From: Patescibacteria group bacterium
GTDB lineage: Bacteria > Patescibacteriota > Minisyncoccia > UBA6257 > GWB1-50-10
Assembly: GCA_038065455.1 (NCBI GenBank)
Contig: JBBTQX010000002.1
Span: 32,001 to 96,000, forward strand
Length of the DNA: 64,000 bases
Direction: 5' to 3'
Shown: positions 27,507-36,701 of the stretch, piece by piece
How positions within the stretch are numbered: the first letter of the stretch is position 1
How the letters are laid out: each line of letters opens with the position of its first letter
Position numbers and translations under genes: made by a program
Notes under the pieces: model-generated
The model's input: the letters and a program-made list of their open reading frames with translations, nothing else
The model's database searches: none
What the model was told of the DNA's origin: nothing

Positions 27507-28784
27507 TTACCCTTTAATTGCGATAATTAAATCCGACACATTGGAACCGGTGTCGCCGGTCAGGAGATAGTCCCCAACTTCTTTGAAAAACGCGTAGGAA
27601 TCGTTGTTCTTCAAAAATTCCTCCGGCTTCAGACCGAGTTTCGCGGCCTTTTCACTGGTTATTTTATCACAAAGCGCGCCCGCGAAATCGGTGTTGTCCC
27701 GCCCATCCGAGGCAAAAGAAAGTATCAGTTCGCCGTCGCCTACCTCTCCCAAAGCACCCATCGCCACCTCCTGGTTCCGACCGCCTTCACCCGCGCCTTT
27801 CACACAAACAGTCGTCTCTCCGCCATAAAGAACGGCGGTTTTTCGGTTCTCCTTATGGAGATTGGCGGCAATTTCCTTTCCCTTATCCCTCGCTTCTCCC
27901 TCCAGGATATTGGTATGGATATCGGCATCGAAACCCAACTCCTTCGCCTTTTCGGACATAGCCGAAAGAGCGGTGATGTTGTCCATAAAAACGATATTCG
28001 CCATCTTCTCGAAGAATTTGTTTCCTTTGGGCGTTTCGAGCGGCTCTATTTTCAAGCCGATTGATTTTTCAATGCCGTATTTTTCCAAAACGAGGCGCGC
28101 ATCCTCCACTGTCGTCGTATCTTTCACCGTCGGCCCGGAAGCGACGAATTCGATGCTTCCCCGCACATCCGAAAAAATGAGCGCGACCGAGGTGGCCGGA
28201 TAGGCGTAGGCCGCGAGATGCCCGCCGCGCGCGAGCGATAAGTGCTTCCGAACCGTATTGGTTTCCTCAATATTGGCGCCCGCGCGAAAAAGCGCCTGCA
28301 GAATATCCTTTTCATCCTGACAGACCAACTCTTTGGGCTGGCATAAAAGCGTCGAGCCGCCGCCGGATATCACAAACAAAACAAAATCCTTTTCGGCCAA
28401 AGAAGAAAGTAGTTTGATTATCTCCGCCGTCGCATCGATATTCCTAGGCTCGGGAAAAGGATGGGCGCCGGCGAATGTCTTTATTTTATTTAAGCTTCCT
28501 TCGTGCACATCGAGTACGATGCCGCCGTTCAATTTTTCGCCCAAAATCTCCTCAAGCGCTCGGCCGGCCTCAAGCGCGCACTTCCCCACCCCCACCACGA
28601 AAATGCGTTCAAAATGCGAAAGGTCAAATTCCCTGCCTTTTACGGAAAGAGTGTTTTCCCCGAGAATAATTTCTTTTTTTATATATTTTTCCGTATCAAT
28701 CGCATCGAGTCCCGCCTCCGCTATTTCCAAAGCGGCTTTCCGCAAATCCGTCTCCGCCAATTCCTTGAAATTCCGGATCTTCAT
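27507..28784 (-). CDS. Glycerate 2-kinase (DUF4147/MOFRL family)
   Basis: VVGVGK, HPFP, ISGGGSTL, VRKHLS..RGG, SDV, GGETTV, GGRNQE, TGDTGSNVSD. Confidence 0.9.
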   Translation of the reverse strand: MKIRNFKELAETDLRKAALEIAEAGLDAIDTEKYIKKEIILGENTLSVKGREFDLSHFERIFVVGVGKCALEAGRALEEILGEKLNGGIVLDVHEGSLNKIKTFAGAHPFPEPRNIDATAEIIKLLSSLAEKDFVLFVISGGGSTLLCQPKELVCQDEKDILQALFRAGANIEETNTVRKHLSLARGGHLAAYAYPATSVALIFSDVRGSIEFVASGPTVKDTTTVEDARLVLEKYGIEKSIGLKIEPLETPKGNKFFEKMANIVFMDNITALSAMSEKAKELGFDADIHTNILEGEARDKGKEIAANLHKENRKTAVLYGGETTVCVKGAGEGGRNQEVAMGALGEVGDGELILSFASDGRDNTDFAGALCDKITSEKAAKLGLKPEEFLKNNDSYAFFKEVGDYLLTGDTGSNVSDLIIAIKG

Positions 28785-28802
28785 TTATCTAACATTTTAG
28801 CA

Positions 28803-30947
28803 CTAAAGAACCCTTCGTTTCAGCAGAACGGCATTCACCGAAACAATTACGGTGCTTAATGACATTAAAACAGCCGAAACAGCCGGTTGAAGCAGAATTC
28901 CGTAGGAAACGAGAACGCCCGCCGCGAGCGGCATCGCGATAATGTTGTATCCGGTCGCCCACCACAAATTCTGAATCATTTTTGCGTATGTCAGGCGCGA
29001 AAGCTTTATTATCTTCGGAATATCCCTCGGATCGTTCCTGACCAATATGATTCCGGCCGATTCCACCGCTACATTCGTTCCGGCGCCGATGGCGATTCCC
29101 AAATCCGCCTGGGTCAAAGCCGGCGCATCGTTTATGCCATCGCCCACCATCGCGACTTTAAGGCCCTTGGATTGGAGTAATTTAACCTTCTCCGATTTTT
29201 CTCCCGGCAGAACCCGAGCGAAATATTCGTCGATTTCCAGTTCGTCCGCCACCCACTTCGCCACTTCTTCGGAATCGCCGGTAACCATCGCTGTTTTTAT
29301 GCCCATCGCTTTCAATCCGGCAATCGCTTCGCGCGATTCGTTTCGAATGATATCTCCCAAAACGATGAATCCAATTATATTTTCATCCGCTATAGCATAA
29401 ATAATCGTCTTCCCCTGCCCAGCAGATAACCCGATTTCTTTTGGAGTTTGGAATTTGGAATTTGGAATTTCCGAAAGTATCGCCTCTCCTCCGGCAAGAA
29501 TCCTTTTCCCTTGCACCGAGGCGCTTACGCCTTTTCCCGAAATTCTTTTGAAATCCTCAATCGGCAGAAGCGGAATATTTTTATCTTTCGCATACCGGAC
29601 AATAGCCTTGGAAACGAAGTGCTCCGAATGGCTGTCTACCGAAGCGGCCAACTGAATCACATCGCTCTCTTTCTGATTCGGCGCGGCAACGACTTTTTCC
29701 ACACCGTATTCGCCGGTCGTGAGCGTTCCCGTTTTATCGAAAAGGATTATGTCGATATTCCGGGCGGACTCCAACGCCATTCGCTGTTTCACCAAAAATC
29801 CGTTTTTGGCGGCAAGCGTCGTCGAGATGGAAGCGATGAGCGGCACCGCAAGACCCAAAGCGTGCGGACAAGCGATGACCAGAACCGCCACCAATCTCTC
29901 GATTGCGAATGAAGCTCCGCTCCCGCCCGAAAGCCACGCGGCGAAAGTTATAACGCCGACGGTTATAGCGATAAGCGTGAGATAGAAAGCGGCCCTATCC
30001 GAAAGAACCTGGAGGCGGGATTTCGAAGATTGGGCCTCCTGCACCAATTTCATCACGCCGGCCAGAAAAGTGTGTTCGCCGATTTTGGTCACTTGAATCT
30101 TCAATGAACCGTCGGCATTCAAGGTGCCGGCAATAACTTCGCTCCCCTCGCTCTTCAAAATCGGCTTTGACTCTCCGGTCACGGCGGATTCATTGACCTC
30201 CGATTTGCCTTCCACCACTTTTCCGTCGGCGGGAATCTTCGCTCCGGGCCGCACAAAAACCACGTCCCCGACCTTCAATTCGGCCAGAGGGATGGATATG
30301 CTATTGCCGCCGCGCAACACTTCTGCCATATCGGGCAAGAGCTTCGACAATTCTTTCAAGGCTCCCTGAGCGCTCTGGACCGACTTCATCTCGATATAAT
30401 GGCCCAAGAGCATTATCGTTATCAGAGTCGCAAGCTCCCAAAACAGCGTGTGTTCGCTTCCGGAAATAACCGACCCAACACTGAAAAAATAAGCGGCAGA
30501 AACCGCGATAGCGATAAGCGTCATCATTCCGGGCAAGCGCGCCCGAAGCTCGTGCCAAGCACCCATTAGAAAAACCCAGCCGCTGTAGAAAAACACTATT
30601 GAGCCCAAAATCAGCGCTAGATACCGGGAACCGACGAATGCCGGGAATTGCCAACTGAAAAGTGCTTCCGGCAAATCCGAATAAGCCAATATCGGAATCG
30701 TAAGAATCAGGCTTATCCAAAATTTACCGAGAAAACTCGATGTTTTGTGTCCGGCATGTCCCGATGGCTTTGCCATCGAGGATCCTCGATTGTTATACAA
30801 TCGGGACTTGTTGAATTCTTTTTTCTTTTTCTCCGGCACCAGATTCATTCCGCATTCCGGGCAATGGCCCGGCTTGTCGCTCTTCACTTCCGGATGCATC
30901 GGACAGATGTAGGTTTTTTGCTGTTCTCCTTGATTTTCGTGATTCAT
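28803..30947 (-). CDS. P1B-type copper-translocating ATPase (CPH type, CopB-like)
   Basis: YICPMHPEV...CPECGM metal-binding domain, TGES, ACPHALG, DKTGTLT, GDGINDAPAL, YN, MSLST; start could be 30971. Confidence 0.92.
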   Translation of the reverse strand: MNHENQGEQQKTYICPMHPEVKSDKPGHCPECGMNLVPEKKKKEFNKSRLYNNRGSSMAKPSGHAGHKTSSFLGKFWISLILTIPILAYSDLPEALFSWQFPAFVGSRYLALILGSIVFFYSGWVFLMGAWHELRARLPGMMTLIAIAVSAAYFFSVGSVISGSEHTLFWELATLITIMLLGHYIEMKSVQSAQGALKELSKLLPDMAEVLRGGNSISIPLAELKVGDVVFVRPGAKIPADGKVVEGKSEVNESAVTGESKPILKSEGSEVIAGTLNADGSLKIQVTKIGEHTFLAGVMKLVQEAQSSKSRLQVLSDRAAFYLTLIAITVGVITFAAWLSGGSGASFAIERLVAVLVIACPHALGLAVPLIASISTTLAAKNGFLVKQRMALESARNIDIILFDKTGTLTTGEYGVEKVVAAPNQKESDVIQLAASVDSHSEHFVSKAIVRYAKDKNIPLLPIEDFKRISGKGVSASVQGKRILAGGEAILSEIPNSKFQTPKEIGLSAGQGKTIIYAIADENIIGFIVLGDIIRNESREAIAGLKAMGIKTAMVTGDSEEVAKWVADELEIDEYFARVLPGEKSEKVKLLQSKGLKVAMVGDGINDAPALTQADLGIAIGAGTNVAVESAGIILVRNDPRDIPKIIKLSRLTYAKMIQNLWWATGYNIIAMPLAAGVLVSYGILLQPAVSAVLMSLSTVIVSVNAVLLKRRVL

Positions 30948-30958
30948 ATTTTTTATTT

Positions 30959-31711
30959 TTATACTCCGCAAGACGAGCCTTTATTCTCGGTCGGCTTTAA
31001 TTTCGCGACTATCGCCTGATATCCCGAAGCGCTTGAATAGTTGGCCGAAAGAATCTCTTTGGCGGATATTCCGTCAGCTGACGAACCAATACTCTTTCCT
31101 TGTTGGGCCAAATATGCCTCAATGTTCGCATACATATCCGGAAACCAGGAAGTGTTGGCTTTTAGCGCCTCGTCATACATTTCCGCTTCATCCGCGCCTT
31201 GGCTTGCCATCAATTCAAGAAGCCCCAGCATCGCCATTCCGTGATTGCAATCCGGAAAATAAACCGAGTTGCCGCAACAAGGACGAAAGATGTTTTTGGA
31301 CACTCTTTCGACAAGCGCCTGCTGTTCCGGAGTCAATTCGATGAAATTATGCATCGAATAGTGATTCATCGCATTGCCGACGGAAATAGTCCAGCCGCCG
31401 GTCGAAGCGAATTTGTCCGCGCCGCCGTAGCTTGAATCCATCATCGGCCCTTTTTCCAAAATCGGATTTTTATTGGATAAGCCGAGCGCCCAAAGAAGAT
31501 TGAGGGTCGTGCTGGCCGATTCGAATTTTTTTTCGTCTATCACGCCCGCCTGAACCATTTTTATTTTAAGGCTCCCCAAATCGAGACTTCTATTTCCGGT
31601 CCGATTGGAATCGGCCGGAACACCCGCCCGATAAACTAGAGCCAAAGCGACAATCAAAACGGAAAACAAAACGCTGATCAGAATCAAATAATTCCCATTT
31701 TTATTTATCAT
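30959..31711 (-). CDS. Membrane-anchored Cys/His-motif hypothetical protein
   Basis: N-terminal TM; RPCCGNSVYFPDCNHGMA; C-terminal SCGV. Confidence 0.7.
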   Translation of the reverse strand: MINKNGNYLILISVLFSVLIVALALVYRAGVPADSNRTGNRSLDLGSLKIKMVQAGVIDEKKFESASTTLNLLWALGLSNKNPILEKGPMMDSSYGGADKFASTGGWTISVGNAMNHYSMHNFIELTPEQQALVERVSKNIFRPCCGNSVYFPDCNHGMAMLGLLELMASQGADEAEMYDEALKANTSWFPDMYANIEAYLAQQGKSIGSSADGISAKEILSANYSSASGYQAIVAKLKPTENKGSSCGV

Positions 31712-31729
31712 AGTGATTTTTAAGAGCGG

Positions 31730-32107
31730 TTAATTCTGAGGCAAGGGGCACACCGTCTTGTCGGATAATTCCTGAAAAGACATTTCTCCCGCTATCCGAC
31801 TGCCATCCTGGAATATCCAGGTCGGATATCCATTAATGCCCTTTGCGGTGCATTTTGCCGTTTCCTGAGTACATTCTACATACGGCACATATTGGAACGC
31901 GCTCCCGAAAAGTTTCTTCTGATTCTGGCAATGAGGGCACCAATAGGCGCCGTACATCACGACATCTTTGGATGCCAAACATTTGGCGAATGTATCTATC
32001 GCCGCATTGGCTTTGGTCGGGCCGTTCGTTAAAACCATCGTGAGAATCACGGCTACCAATACCAGAACTAAAACTCCCACCGAAATTAATGTGTTTTTTG
32101 TATTCAT
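31730..32107 (-). CDS. Membrane-anchored thioredoxin-like protein (VKOR-partner type)
   Basis: FAKCL, MYGAYWCPHCQNQK, YVEC, GYPTW. Confidence 0.85.
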   Translation of the reverse strand: MNTKNTLISVGVLVLVLVAVILTMVLTNGPTKANAAIDTFAKCLASKDVVMYGAYWCPHCQNQKKLFGSAFQYVPYVECTQETAKCTAKGINGYPTWIFQDGSRIAGEMSFQELSDKTVCPLPQN

Positions 32108-32120
32108 AATTCCAATTAAA

Positions 32121-32618
32121 TCATTCTTTACAGCAATCGACCAGTTTATTCACGATATCCTCGTGAGTCCAAGGCCCGTCGCCCTCCGGATTTTTTTTCA
32201 AATCTTCCATATTTATCAACTTCAAACGCAAGCCCCAGAAGAGCGAGTATAATTTGTAGGATTTGTCGAACATCTCCTTCGCCTCCTTCCGCTGGCCCGC
32301 GCCCTCCAGTTTCGTACCCACTTCCATCAGCCGCATTGAGGTCGCAAGCAGATGTTTCGAGATACACCAAGTTTCTCCTTCATGCTTATCAATCAACTTC
32401 CCTAAAAGTTCTTTTCGCATCTCCCGCGTTTCCCGAAGCAAATCGAAATAATCGTCCTTCTTCGTCTTCTCGGCCGTGAAGAAAAAATGCTCCTCCAGAC
32501 TTATGAGATTCATCACGGCAATCGACAAATCCTCATCGAGCGACAAATCGAAATTGCCGCTTTTTTTCAGCTCCGCCACTTTCTTCATCAGTTCTTCGAA
32601 ATTTAATTTCTTGTCCAT
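32121..32618 (-). CDS. Helical hypothetical protein
   Basis: NLISLEEH, WCISKHLL, C-terminal DCCKE. Confidence 0.7.
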   Translation of the reverse strand: MDKKLNFEELMKKVAELKKSGNFDLSLDEDLSIAVMNLISLEEHFFFTAEKTKKDDYFDLLRETREMRKELLGKLIDKHEGETWCISKHLLATSMRLMEVGTKLEGAGQRKEAKEMFDKSYKLYSLFWGLRLKLINMEDLKKNPEGDGPWTHEDIVNKLVDCCKE

Positions 32619-32622
32619 ATGT

Positions 32623-33405
32623 CTATATTAAAAAGGTTAATATGCCTAAAATAATGACAATGACCGCGCCCCACAAATGAAACTTCCTTATATTATTTTT
32701 GCGCCATTCCTGAATTTTGTCCAAGACCGCCCGATTACTCGCTCCGAGGAGTATCAAAACCAGTGGCAGAACGAAAATCAGATTGTAGAAGACGAGATAA
32801 CCGAGGCCGCTCCAATATGTGCTGGTGTCGTGCAGAAGCCCCAAAATCAAAAGATAAGGGCCGCCGGTGCAGGGAAATTCGCAGATTCCCACGAGCGCTC
32901 CCAGAATAAACGCCGTCGGAACGGAAGCTTTTTCCATCAAACCGGCGATTGTTCTGTGGCTCAAAGTCGGAATCGCAAGCCTAATCGGAAAAGACGGGAA
33001 AAACTCGTTGATAATTCCGATGAAACCCAGAAGAATCAGAAGCGTCGCACCGACCTTCGCCATAAAGTGTGGCACGCTGAAGACGTGAAGCGCCTGAAGA
33101 ATTCCTAAACCAATCAGAAGATAGGCCAAAAATATCCCGAAGATATAGACTCCGCCGATTTTAAGGATACTCGAACGCATTTTTCCCAGACTGAAGAGGA
33201 AAGCAATCGTGAGAAGCAGGACGGAAAAAGCGCAGGGATTAATACTGTCCACTGCCGCCGCGACGACGACGAGCGGCGCAAGGAATTTTCCTCCTCCGCT
33301 CCACTGCCACAGAAACGGGGCGATACCGGGAGAAAGCTTCAGAAAAACCACGAGTGCCCCGAAAGCCGCGATTGCCAAAATTATTCCCAAAAATTTCTTG
33401 TTCAT
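32623..33405 (-). CDS. CcdA/DsbD-like transmembrane thiol-redox protein
   Basis: DSINPCAF and CEFPCTGGPY motifs in a multi-TM protein. Confidence 0.8.
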   Translation of the reverse strand: MNKKFLGIILAIAAFGALVVFLKLSPGIAPFLWQWSGGGKFLAPLVVVAAAVDSINPCAFSVLLLTIAFLFSLGKMRSSILKIGGVYIFGIFLAYLLIGLGILQALHVFSVPHFMAKVGATLLILLGFIGIINEFFPSFPIRLAIPTLSHRTIAGLMEKASVPTAFILGALVGICEFPCTGGPYLLILGLLHDTSTYWSGLGYLVFYNLIFVLPLVLILLGASNRAVLDKIQEWRKNNIRKFHLWGAVIVIILGILTFLI

Positions 33406-33409
33406 AATT

Positions 33410-33913
33410 TTAAGGCCTTACAACCGCTTTTATTTCGAACTCTTTTGCATTACCACCGGATTCGAGCCGGACCAGCCGGTCAACCGGGCCCACGCCCGCC
33501 GGACCGTGCGCCGCCGGATCGAAAACCGCTCTCACTACCGCTTTTTCGCCCGCTTTCAGTTCGCGGCCCAATCCGGGCACAAAGCCGTGCCCCGGCATTC
33601 CGAACGGGCCGGACTCTTCGCCACCCAAGATGAAATATGCGTTCGTGCACATGCAAGAAGTGAAAAGTTTTTCGAATACGATTGTCGAGGACGAATTATT
33701 CGTTATTTCGAAATCGTGAGAAACTTTTCCGGCCGCCATGCTGATTTCGCCGAAATCGAAATTCGTTTCGGGCGCGCTAATATCGACAATCGAGCTCAAT
33801 GACGCGGCCTTATCCGATACCTTTTCTTTCTGGGAATTGGGATACGAAACGGCGATAAGAGTTATAACCGCCAAAATTCCCACTCCCAACCAAATGCTTA
33901 TTTTCTTGTTCAT
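33410..33913 (-). CDS. DUF1573-like Ig-fold exported protein
   Basis: FDFGEI, FEITN, TSCMCT, FGMPGHG, FDPAAHGP. Confidence 0.75.
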   Translation of the reverse strand: MNKKISIWLGVGILAVITLIAVSYPNSQKEKVSDKAASLSSIVDISAPETNFDFGEISMAAGKVSHDFEITNNSSSTIVFEKLFTSCMCTNAYFILGGEESGPFGMPGHGFVPGLGRELKAGEKAVVRAVFDPAAHGPAGVGPVDRLVRLESGGNAKEFEIKAVVRP

Positions 33914-33990
33914 AGATTTGATTTAATGCGACAAAAAATCCCTTTTGGGGATTGGAGGCGCGAAATCCGATTACTCGACAGTAATTCGAA

Positions 33991-34407
33991 TCAAGCGCCT
34001 ATCGCGAAAGCGGGAGAACGTTCCAAGCCGGCGAACCACGAAATCATTTTCGGTCCGGAATCAGCGACCTTGTCCTCATAATTTTTTCTGAAATAAGCTT
34101 GGCTTAGTATTTTATTCTTTCCGATCTCCGAAAAAATCAAAGCCAGGGAAAAGGCCAAAAGAAGAGCGGAGAGAAGAAACAACGGCGAAACATCCAAAAA
34201 GCCCGACTGGCCCAAATTCTGGATATTCTTGAAATGGAAAGCCGCGAAAGCGAAGACGCCGTCTTTCACGGGACAGGGCGTGCCCTGGGTGGCATCGGCG
34301 AAACAATTATTTCCCATCGCGCCGTGCATCTCGTTCAAGCCGACAAAGCCGAAAACACTGATTGAAAGCAGCGCTATTAAAACTATATTGGCGAAAACGG
34401 TTTTCAT
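33991..34407 (-). CDS. Hypothetical membrane protein with Met/His/Cys residues
   Basis: Signal/TM, EMHGAMGNNCF...CP...FH, second TM, C-terminal LERSP. Confidence 0.6.
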   Translation of the reverse strand: MKTVFANIVLIALLSISVFGFVGLNEMHGAMGNNCFADATQGTPCPVKDGVFAFAAFHFKNIQNLGQSGFLDVSPLFLLSALLLAFSLALIFSEIGKNKILSQAYFRKNYEDKVADSGPKMISWFAGLERSPAFAIGA

Positions 34408-34442
34408 TCGGTTAAATCATATCAATTTCTCCCATAAAAGCA

Positions 34443-34590
34443 AACCCTGCTCCTAGATTAATCCCGGCGTTTGCCAAAATGGGTATTGTCTAGTTCCGAG
34501 GTTTAAGAAAAAATTAATTCTCTGTCGCGTCGGAAAATTTGACACCCCTGGTAAGGATTATTTGATCCGGAATCTAGCGTGAGCAGGATC
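34443..34590 (-). ncRNA. Candidate ~150-nt rod-shaped ncRNA (6S-like)
   Basis: TATAAT (34598-34603, minus strand) just upstream; 5' GATCCTGCTC pairs with 3' GAGCAGGGTT; nested stems CTAGATT/AATCTAG, CCGG/CCGG, TTACCA/TGGCAA, TTCCGA/TCGGAA. Confidence 0.45.
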
Positions 34591-34701
34591 ACTGTTAATT
34601 ATACCCCTATCCAAATGTCCGCAAATCAGCCTCTGTGCACAAAAGTTTGACAGAAACGATGAATAATGACGGCCAGCCGGAATACTAAGGTTTCTCCTTG
34701 A

Positions 34702-35295
34702 TTATTCGAGGATCCCGTTCAAATCCACATCGTAAAGCATCCGTTCGCCGATATATTGGTAATTGATTATTTCTTCAGGTTTGAACCAAATGGCAATTTC
34801 TCTTTCGGATTCTTTAGGGTCATCGGTACAATGAATGAGATTCCTGACACATCTATCATCTTCATTCGATAAATCATAAGAATCAATCGTCAAGTCACCT
34901 CGTATAGTTCCAACATCCGATGTCAGCGGCTCCGTACCGCCGACTATCTTCTTCACTATTCCTACGGCTTTATTTCCTTCCCATATCATCGGAACTATCG
35001 GCCCGCATGTGATAAACGAAACATTACCTCTGACTATATCCATACCATATTCGCGAGCTGTTTTTTCTATCGGTTTGCCGGCTTCCGTTCTTTGTTTTAT
35101 GCGCAACTCGCCTTTAGCCTGGAGCCAAATTTCATCTTTTTTATAATGCTCGTTCCCTTGTTCTTTTGTGCCTAATGAAAATTTGGCGGCTATGAGCTTC
35201 AAACCAGTGCGTTCAATTCTATGAATCAGTTCACCCACCAATCCTCTCTGAATGCCGTCCGGTTTGATAATTACAAGCGTTCGTTCTTTTTTCAT
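34702..35295 (-). CDS. ndk: Nucleoside-diphosphate kinase
   Basis: ERTLVIIKPDGIQRGLVGE, GTIRGD, RNLIHCTD, EREIAIWF. Confidence 0.93.
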   Translation of the reverse strand: MKKERTLVIIKPDGIQRGLVGELIHRIERTGLKLIAAKFSLGTKEQGNEHYKKDEIWLQAKGELRIKQRTEAGKPIEKTAREYGMDIVRGNVSFITCGPIVPMIWEGNKAVGIVKKIVGGTEPLTSDVGTIRGDLTIDSYDLSNEDDRCVRNLIHCTDDPKESEREIAIWFKPEEIINYQYIGERMLYDVDLNGILE

Positions 35296-35296
35296 A

Positions 35297-36694
35297 TTAT
35301 TTCTTTTTATCTATTTTAATGCGGAGTTCTTTTAGTTGTTCCTCCGAAACGTCCGACGGACCGTCCATCATCAAATCTCTGCCGTCGCCGGTCTTCGGGA
35401 ATGCGATGACTTCCCGGATATTCGGCTCGTTTTCCAATATCATCGCAAAGCGGTCCAATCCCCAGGCAATGCCGCCGTGCGGCGGCGCGCCGAAACCCAA
35501 TGCCTCGAGCATATGCCCGAAATTGCTTTTTATCCTCGCCGATTCGAATCCCATTATTTCGAAAACTTTCTCGAGCGCCTCGGGCGTATGATTCCGAATG
35601 CTTCCCCCGCCAATCTCCCAGCCATTCAGCACGATATCATACTGCGTAGTCAAAATTTCCGGAATATTTTTCTTATCCATCAAATCCTTCATAAATTCCG
35701 GCTTCGGCGCGGAGAAAGGATTATGAGTAAAGGTCCAGTCGCCGTTATCGGTCTTCTCAAAAAACGGAAAGTCTATCACCCAGCAAAAAGCCAGCAAATT
35801 CAAATTATTTTTATCATCCCGCAAATCCGGCCGGTCCGTACCATACTTCTCCTTCGCCTCCTTGTAGGATAGGCACGGAAAAGGAATTTCCTGGATTTTC
35901 TTCTCGGGATAAAGCTTCCCTATGAGCTCAATCAGAAGCTTTTCATTCAATTCCATCACATCCTCGCGCTCCACGAAGCTCATCTCCAAGTCCAATTGGG
36001 TGAACTCCGGCTGGCGGTCGCCACGCGTATCCTCGTCGCGGAAACAGCGGGCAATCTGGAAATACCGCTCAAGGCCTGCCACCATCAAAAGCTGCTTGTA
36101 TTGCTGGGGCGACTGGGGCAAAGCGTAAAATTTGCCTTCATAAAGCCGAGACGGCACCAAATAGTCCCGCGCGCCTTCCGGCGTAGATTTGGTCAAAATC
36201 GGCGTCTCCACTTCTATAAATTCTTCCCCATCCAAATAGTCGCGAATGAATTTTATTATCCTGTGGCGATGGCGGATATTTTTCTGGAGACGGGAACGAC
36301 GCAAATCCAGATAGCGGTATTTCATCCGCACCTCCTCATTTATGTCAAGACCGTCGCTCGTAACATCGAAGGGCGGAGTCTTCGCCTCCGAAATTATCTC
36401 CAGGCTTTCCGCCGGCACCTCATGGTAGCCGCTCGGAATCTTCGGGTTTTCCATGCCCGCGGGGCGCTTTCCCACCTTGCCTTTTATTTTTACCACCCAC
36501 TCCGAACGCAAAGTTTCCGCCTTCGCGTGAAGCTCTTTGTCTTTCGGAATAAAAACTACTTGGGCAATACCACTCCGATCTCTCAAATCGATGAAGATAA
36601 GTTTGCCGTGGTCGCGCCGGACATCCACCCAACCTGTGAGTTCCACCTCCTGGCCTTCTTTCGAAGCGATGTCTTTGGCTAAAGTCCTCATCAT
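35297..36694 (-). CDS. aspS: Aspartate--tRNA ligase (short, GAD domain largely absent)
   Basis: RRDHGKLIFIDLRD, YRYLDLR, TPEGARDY, PQSPQQYKQ, CFRDED, QPEFTQLD, PPHGGIAWGLDR. Confidence 0.96.
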   Translation of the reverse strand: MMRTLAKDIASKEGQEVELTGWVDVRRDHGKLIFIDLRDRSGIAQVVFIPKDKELHAKAETLRSEWVVKIKGKVGKRPAGMENPKIPSGYHEVPAESLEIISEAKTPPFDVTSDGLDINEEVRMKYRYLDLRRSRLQKNIRHRHRIIKFIRDYLDGEEFIEVETPILTKSTPEGARDYLVPSRLYEGKFYALPQSPQQYKQLLMVAGLERYFQIARCFRDEDTRGDRQPEFTQLDLEMSFVEREDVMELNEKLLIELIGKLYPEKKIQEIPFPCLSYKEAKEKYGTDRPDLRDDKNNLNLLAFCWVIDFPFFEKTDNGDWTFTHNPFSAPKPEFMKDLMDKKNIPEILTTQYDIVLNGWEIGGGSIRNHTPEALEKVFEIMGFESARIKSNFGHMLEALGFGAPPHGGIAWGLDRFAMILENEPNIREVIAFPKTGDGRDLMMDGPSDVSEEQLKELRIKIDKKK

Positions 36695-36701
36695 TACGGA
36701 A

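Noticed and set aside
17055-36694. Short AlaRS and AspRS as pseudogenes
   Set aside because: Both are uninterrupted with catalytic motifs intact; loss of accessory domains fits genome reduction.
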